DNA from: Prorocentrum cordatum
Lineage: Eukaryota
Reading direction: 5' to 3'
Length of the DNA: 54,290 nt
NCBI GenBank assembly: GCA_963575745.1
Contig: CAUYUJ010000253.1
Span: 62,001 to 116,290, forward strand
Each line of letters begins with the position of its first letter. The first letter of the stretch is position 1. Both the position numbers and the translations under genes were made by a program. This document shows positions 48,715-54,290 of the stretch, piece by piece. The notes beneath the pieces are model-generated. The model was not told the DNA's origin. It searched no databases and worked only from the letters and a program-made list of their open reading frames with translations.

Positions 48715-50699
48715 CCTCCTTCCCAGACGCCGTGATTTTTTCGGCACGTCGACCCCCAGGGGTCCCGACCCCTTCCCCTGGACCGCTTTTTCATCCCGAG
48801 TCGCTTGTTGACGGCCCCGAGGCCCAGAAAAGGGCCCCCGGAGGCCGAAAGTGGCGAAAGGCCTCCCGTCGAGATCTTTCCATCACTCGATGGTGTCTGG
48901 GCTTCCTTTCCCTCGTGCAGAGGTGCGGCGGGTGGAGTGGCGACTGGAGGAGGCCTCGCGCATGCGGCGCTGCTTCCCGCGGGGGACCCCCATGCGGGCC
49001 GGGCGAAAGGGGGGGAATTGGGAGAGGGGGGGTTACGAAATTTGCTGCATACTGCTGGTTTCGGCCTCACCGAGGGGCGCATTCCTCGATACATGGCCGC
49101 CTCCGGCGCCGGGAGGCGCCGTGAAAATCAGCTACGTGAGCTGATTCTCAAACCCCCCCTTTGCCATCCCCCCCTTTCGCCCGGCCCGACCCATGCGCAG
49201 CAGGGTGTTCGACGCGGCCGGCCTGGAAGGGCTGCAGCTCGTCTTCTACCCGTCCTCGAGGAAGAACTGACGGCACACGCTCGGGCGATCGCAAACATGG
49301 ATCAAGGGGGCGTGGATCCCAGACCCCCTCGAGTCATGGAAACATCACGACGCGAGATTTTTTGCTATTCTCTGCCTCTGGGGGCCCCGAGCCTCGTGAG
49401 CGTCAAATAACAACTCAGGATGCAAAGCCGGTCATGGGGAAAGTCTCGGGACCTCTGCAAGTCGACGTAATGAGCAAAGCATTACGTCGGGGGTCTGGGC
49501 CCTGACCTTGCCGAGTGCTAAACAAAAGCCCTCCAGACCTATCGACCTATCTGGACTGCTTGACACCTCAATTGGATTCTAGATGTTGAGGTCCTCGTGT
49601 TTTTTGAACCCTCTTTAGCCCTCGAAGAAGGTCTGGGAACCCTCCCCCCGAAAACACAAGTTCGCGTCGTGAAGAATTCACGCCGGGAGGCCTTTGGGCC
49701 ATTCTCGGCCTCCGGGGGTCTTCCCTCGTCGGGCCCCCACATGGGCCGCCAACGAACGGCTCGGGACGAGTAATTGGCCCTGGGGAAAGGGTCGAGATTT
49801 CTGGGGACCACGTATTTGTAAGATTGTTTGGTGGGGGCGGAGCCGAAGGTGTCGGAGGATCGCGCCGCATCGCCGATGCATCGGCGATGCTGCTCGATGT
49901 GGAGCCAGATTTCCTTCACGCCGACGTCGTCGATGCATCGCCGACGTCGACGATGCATCGCCAGCGCATCGCCGATACATCGCCGATGTATCGGCGATGC
50001 GGCACGATTCTCCGACCCCGTCTAGTCTTTAGTCGGGCATGTCCCTCTCCAGGAGGAGTATTCAAACATCGTAAGAAATAGTCGAGGGACGATTTGTTTC
50101 TACGATTTGTGTTGCCTATGTTTGAGTATGTTTTGACTATTGTTCAGTTTTCTTCCAAAGCCCGCTTGTAGGAGGACATGCCCGAGCTAAGTCTACTTCG
50201 ACCCCATGTAGGCGCCCCCCCGCCCTTCCCTGGCGCGTGGAGCGCGCCAGGGGCGGCGCCGCAGGCGCCGCCAGGGTGGGGGGGGCCGAGCGCCGATCCG
50301 AGCAGGCCGCGCGGAGCTCCGCAATGCTGCGCTCACGTTAAATCGGGCCCTCTACAGGAGGAATCTCCAAACTTGATTTTCAAACATCGGAGGACGATTG
50401 TTTGACCATTTGTTTGTAAGTCTGAGGATTTACCATTCTTCGCCCAAGATGTAGGAGGACATGCCCGACCGCCCGACCTAACGCTTGTGCTGTCTGCGTC
50501 GTTCCTCGACCCGTCTGGCTACGACGGCGCCTCGGAGGGCTTCTGCTCGCTGTTCCTCAGCGCGCCGGGGGGGGCGTCCGTGCGCTGCTCGCTGCAGGCG
50601 GGCCCGGAGCGGCGCGAGCTGTCCCAGACGTGGGAGCACGAGGCCGGCGGGGCGTCGCACTTGCAGCGGGGACCCATGCCAAGAGACACCTTGCTTGTC

Positions 50700-50730
<31 letters not shown>

Positions 50731-53700
50731 TCCCCTCCCCCCCCTCCCCCTCCTCCTCCCCCTCCTCCTCCTCCTCTCCTCCTCCTCCTCCCTCTCCTCT
50801 CCTCCTCCTCCTCCTCCTCCTCCTCCTCCTCCTCCTCCTCCTCCTCCTCCTCCTCCTCCTCCTCCTCCTCCAAGGAATGTCCTAACGAGTTGCGCGGCCA
50901 TGGCCGCACGAATTTTAACAAAGTCATGCAAGGCCGCCACCCAAGGAAGAACCTGGGGGTAGGCCGACCTGAAGAGTTGCCAGCAGGGGCGTTTCCCGCC
51001 CTTGCGCCCTCGTCTTTGCCCGTCCCCAACTTTTGAACGGATTGTTCGAAATCATAGGTCTCAGAGCGCTTTCCCTTTCTAGGGATGAGTTTTAGTTTTG
51101 TCTCGGCCCCCTTGCGGGGGTCGAGGAGCATCCAGCCCTTTTGGCGTCGTGTTGCGGCCCAACCGTGTGCTCGCTCTGCCATTAGCGTGGAGCGAACGCA
51201 GCAGGCTGAGATGGTTTTCCCCCTGCTCCCCCCAATGCGGGTGTGGGCGAGGGGGGCGCCGCTGTTTCCACGGCACTGTGGGACTGGCAGCCGTATGGCG
51301 TGAGTCCCCCCGCAGTTGCCGTGACGTCAGCGGCGGGGCAGGGCTGGTGGCGTAAGTGGCATGCGGCGCCACCCAGCCTTGCCCCTCCTCTGGGGGGAGG
51401 CGCCGTCCCCCCAGAGAGTACGGCTTGGCAGTTGTCGATGTTAAAAAAAAAATCCTCCTCCCCCTCAGGGGCAGCGCTGTGGGGGCCCAGAGAATACACA
51501 CCACCACCACGTCGATGCCTCCTCTCTCCTTGTACCCTCCTCGTCCTCGCCTCCTTCCTGGGGGAGGGAGGGGGTGAGGGAGGTGGTGGTGGTGGTGTAT
51601 GTTTTTGGGCCCCCCACGCGGGGGAGGGGAGGATGCAGCGGAGGCCCATGCCAAGAAACACCCTGCTTGCCTCCCGGGTGCCATTGAAGCCCAAGAAGCC
51701 CAGGGCATCCTGGAGGCAAGCAGGGTGTTCCTTGGCATGGGTCTCCACTGTATGACCCGTTTATCCATATGCGACGGCGCGCCAACGAGTGGGGGAGTGA
51801 GAGGGGGCAAGGCTTCTCAGAAGGCGCGGGGCTTCCCAGAAGCCCTCCAGCCTTCTGAGCAGGTGTTGGTTGTGTTTCCAGGGAGGGGTTCGAGACCTGT
51901 TCGGAAGGCCGAAGACCTTCCGAGCCTCCTGAGAAAGCCCGCCCCCTCTGGCTGCTCCCCTCGGCTCGCCACCGAAAGAATGGCAATCATCTCCAGACTA
52001 ATCGTAGTACTTACTCCAACGGTAGGACCTCGCATGAAAATCTTCTTCTTCAGTTTGGCTGGTGATCATCTCCTGCTCACTCCTCCTACCCCCTCGTACC
52101 TTCTACTTCTCCTCCTGCTTCCTCCTTCTCCTGCCTCCTCCTCCTCCTGCCTCATCCTCTCTTCTCCTCCTCCTCCTCCTCCTCCTCCTCTTCCTCCTCC
52201 TCTTGTTCCTCCTTGACCCGTTTCCTCCTCCTCCTCCTCCTTGTTTTTTTTTTCTTTTTTTTTTTTTCTTTTTTTTTTCTTTTTTTTTTTTTCTTTTTTT
52301 TTTTTTCTTTTTCTTCTTTTTTTTTTTTCCTTTTCTTTTCCTCCTCCTCCTCCTTCCTCTCATCCTCTTCCTCCTCCTCCGTCCTCCTCCTCCTCCTCCT
52401 CCTCCTCCTTCCTCCTCCTCCTTACCTCATCCTCCCCCTCCCCTCCCTCCTCCTCCTCCTCCTCCTCCTCCTCCTTCTTCCATCTCCTCCCTCCTTTTTT
52501 TCCTCCTCCCCCTCTTCCTCCTCCTCCTCCTTCTCCTCCTGATTTGGCAGCCAGGGCCGCGATTCAGATTCGATTCGATTCGGCTCGATTCACCGACCCA
52601 GGGCCAGCCAGAGCCAGGCGCTGGGATCCGATCTCGATTCGATCTAAGGCGGTTCGCTGGCCATGCGACCCGTTTCCGATCCGATCCGACTTAGCGATTC
52701 GATTCAGCGCAGGCTTGCTTTTTCGTTGGTTGTCCACGGTCTCCAGCCTCCTGGCGTCTGCCGCCACCGCGCCGAAAGAGCGCCCTCGGGCGTCTAGAGA
52801 TCGTCACGAAGGGCGGCCAGGGAGCTGAGTTACAGTGGGAACCCATGCCGCGTCGTCGGACAAGCTGGCGAGTCCGAGCAGGGTGTCGCGCACAGTGGAG
52901 ACCCGTGCCAACAAAAACACCCGGCTTGCCTCCAGGGTGCCCTGGGCTTCCTGGGTTTCGATGCCTTCGCCACGCGAAGCGTGATGTTTTTCCTCACCAG
53001 AATGGGGCCCCGGGCTTGGGGCTTCTCGCGGAGGGTTCCGTGGGTCTCAGTGTCGGGCTTCGGGGTCTCAGCGTCGGGTTTCTCAGGGTCGCTGGGGCCC
53101 CAGGCTTGGGCTTCTCGCGGAGGGTTTCGGGGGTCTCGGGGTCGGGCTTCGGGGTCTCGGCGTCGGGGTTCTCGGGGTCGCCGGGGCCCCAGGCGTGGGC
53201 TTTCTCGGGGAAGGTCCCCTGCGGTCGAGCCTCTGCTGTATGCTCCGAGAGCCGGGGGCGGTGCGATGGGGGGCGAAAGGTGGGGTCTGGGTCAAGCAGT
53301 GGCGAAGCGTCCTGGCTCGCCTATAGCCCTACCAAAGTATGGTCTAAGAACCTTTTGTGGTTTCCACGACATGTTCTCAGAACATTTCTGGTGGCGCCCG
53401 TCTTGTTTTATCACATCGGGTTAATGTGCTGAGAACATTGTTTTTTGTTCTTAGAACTTTTTTGGGTTCTAAGAACATTTCGTGGTGGGACGATAGGAAT
53501 ACCGGGACGGTCGATCCCTGCTCAATTGGGTGAGAAGCGCCGACGCTCCATCGTCCAGTCGTCGCCCAAGGCCGTGCGGCTTCGCCACGGGGGGTGGGGC
53601 CATCGCCGAGGTCTCGGCGACGCATCGCCAGCTCCGGGTCGATGCCTCCCCCTCTTAGGGCTCATGTCGATTCCTCCGATTCGATTCGATTCGATTCGAT

Positions 53701-54184
53701 TTCGATGGCTTCCGATTCCGAGTCGGTTCGACTTGATATTCCGATTTGGGGTCCGATTTCTTACGGGAGGCATACTGGCCCGCCGATATCCGCCGATTCG
53801 ACGTCTCCCGACTCGGCTGCCGATTTCCGCTGATCCGATTCATGTCGATCGCCGATCCGACTTATCGATTCGATTATGGGTTCTCCTGCCCCCCTTTCGA
53901 AACTGCAGTCAGCCCGCACAGTAAGGGCGGGCCACTTTCCCAGGGTTGCGATTGCATCCTTGCCTCATGGGTGCATCCTTGGCCACTTTCGCTGGCCGCG
54001 TCCCGCTCTAGAAGCCTTGAAATGGGCGTGCAAGGCCCTTGCATCCTTATCGCGCATCCTTACTATGCGGGCCAACTGACAGTCCCCTCCCCAGCGGTCA
54101 CCCTCCACCCCCCCGAGCCAGGGGCAGTTCGGGCGCACCAACTTCTGCCGCTTCGAGACCTGCGTCGACCCCGACGACGACACG
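25170..54184 (+). CDS. Host gene with two MATH/TRAF-like domains (partial); exons ~25170-25281, 25645-25701, 30442-30525, 32852-32923, 40333-40359, 40562-40669, 42220-42267, 45225-45284, 48923-48996, 49198-49254, 50516-50642, 54122-54184
   Basis: Joined translation: …GASQRLKPPPPSPEEVPGDEPPFGSWKSPKFDAAGAR|DLQLELRVYRPVNPPAPGQ|ERGDCAVFLTAPRGTNLACRLLVAGEAR|SFEKRFASDRDVLGTGRLCFLEEQ|VDQVANKLS|VSVEVLESICE…AE|ANGEEPLNAAFVLHRH|LNNRVLQQVRSQVDHFKSRT|VRRVEWRLEEASRMRRCFPRGTPMR|SRVFDAAGLEGLQLVFYPS|GYDGASEGFCSLFLSAP…TWEHE|GQFGRTNFCRFETCVDPDDDT. The 'EW.l…S..F.aG..l.l..YP.G…cSlfL…G..nF' pattern is the MATH signature, and the S..FDAAG..LQL block occurs twice. 5' and 3' exons not located. Confidence 0.82.
26238..26390. 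mobile_element. MITE family with TIR GTCGGGC.TGTCCC…/…GGACA.GCCCGAC and AT-rich core
   Basis: Copies at 26134 (partial), 28412-28588, 29857-29988, 38410-38567, 39191-39343, 39720-39894, 42354-42539, 50032-50185 and ~50343-50469; mostly flanked by TTA(N)…(N)TAA. Confidence 0.85.
27748..28160. repeat. Compound microsatellite (TATG)n-(TA)n-(TCTG)n-(GCTG)n-(TATG)n
   Basis: Directly visible. Confidence 0.97.
30228..30390. repeat. (GAC)n microsatellite
   Basis: Directly visible; a shorter tract lies at 17963-18045. Confidence 0.97.
32619..32789. mobile_element. AT-rich MITE (ctacacc…atgcttaagaaa / tttcttaagcat…ggtgtag); second copy 36173-36343
   Basis: Imperfect ~25-bp TIRs; two closely similar copies. 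Confidence 0.8.
33148..33750 (+). repeat. Higher-order repeat (~90-105-bp unit, ~6 copies) built from CGGACTT and GATCC monomers
   Basis: gatcc(g/t)atccgac anchors at ~33220, 33324, 33414, 33517, 33615 and 33712. Confidence 0.92.
34299..34531 (+). mobile_element. ~235-bp element B flanked by ATT, nested in an element A copy; second copy 44579-44814
   Basis: att|gggctggcctccggcc…cgccgcatc(a/g)gcgg|att in both copies. Confidence 0.8.
37510..37722. repeat. (ATG)n/(CTG)n microsatellite
   Basis: Directly visible. Confidence 0.97.
38250..38409 (+). repeat. Interspersed repeat (caagaaacaccctgcttgcctccagggtgccctggg…)
   Basis: Near-duplicate at ~39028-39190, inverted copy ~41580-41745, palindromic form 51645-51742, fragment ~52905-52960. 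Confidence 0.85.
46565..46870 (+). repeat. ~80-bp tandem repeat, 4 diverged copies
   Basis: aaatgt..ttctcgcc.tagcgccgcgcacatt…ttgcaagagtttcacgg, repeated. Confidence 0.85.
48643..48712. repeat. (CAG)n microsatellite
   Basis: Directly visible. Confidence 0.97.
48996..49187. mobile_element. 192-bp TIR element occupying an intron position (introner-like)
   Basis: Perfect 20-bp TIR gggccgggcgaaaggggggg (48996-49015) / ccccccctttcgcccggccc (49168-49187); flanks cccccatgc / gacccatgc. Confidence 0.85.
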
Positions 54185-54290
54185 GCTCTCGGGAGCGGGA
54201 GAAACATGCACCTCCTTGCGCTGCCACGATGTGCCATGATGTGAAGAGGAGGAGGAGGAGGAGGAGGAGGAGGAGGAGGAGGAGGAGGAG

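Noticed and set aside
1..54290. rRNA, tRNA or a full SL-RNA gene
   Set aside because: No recognisable conserved rRNA or tRNA sequence; the SL match at 11395 is not followed by a GT donor, so it is treated as a relic.

Overview
GC-rich, repeat-saturated eukaryotic DNA, very probably a dinoflagellate nuclear genome. Evidence: a near-perfect relict spliced leader at 11395-11417, GC/GA splice donors, and abundant (CCT)n/(GAG)n tracts; a Prorocentrum-like genome is an inference. Almost all ORFs in the supplied track are microsatellite or GC artefacts. Real content: (1) a decayed Ty1/copia RNase H end with a probable 3' LTR (1-~683). (2) A putative >14 kb DNA transposon (~9226 to the gap at 23991), flanked by two different tandem arrays. 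It encodes a five-exon, ~1511-aa hAT-like DDE transposase whose 3.2-kb third intron hosts an intronless gene for a TET/JBP-associated-type (base-J glucosyltransferase-related) glycosyltransferase; this is the most novel element. (3) A host gene with two MATH/TRAF-like domains, scattered as at least 12 short exons over 25170-54184; several introns have inverted-repeat ends, direct-repeat junctions and apparently non-canonical boundaries. (4) Many small interspersed elements, including a ~163-bp element with 5-bp TSDs whose ten copies all lie in one orientation. All protein family calls come from motif recognition by eye; no database search was run.
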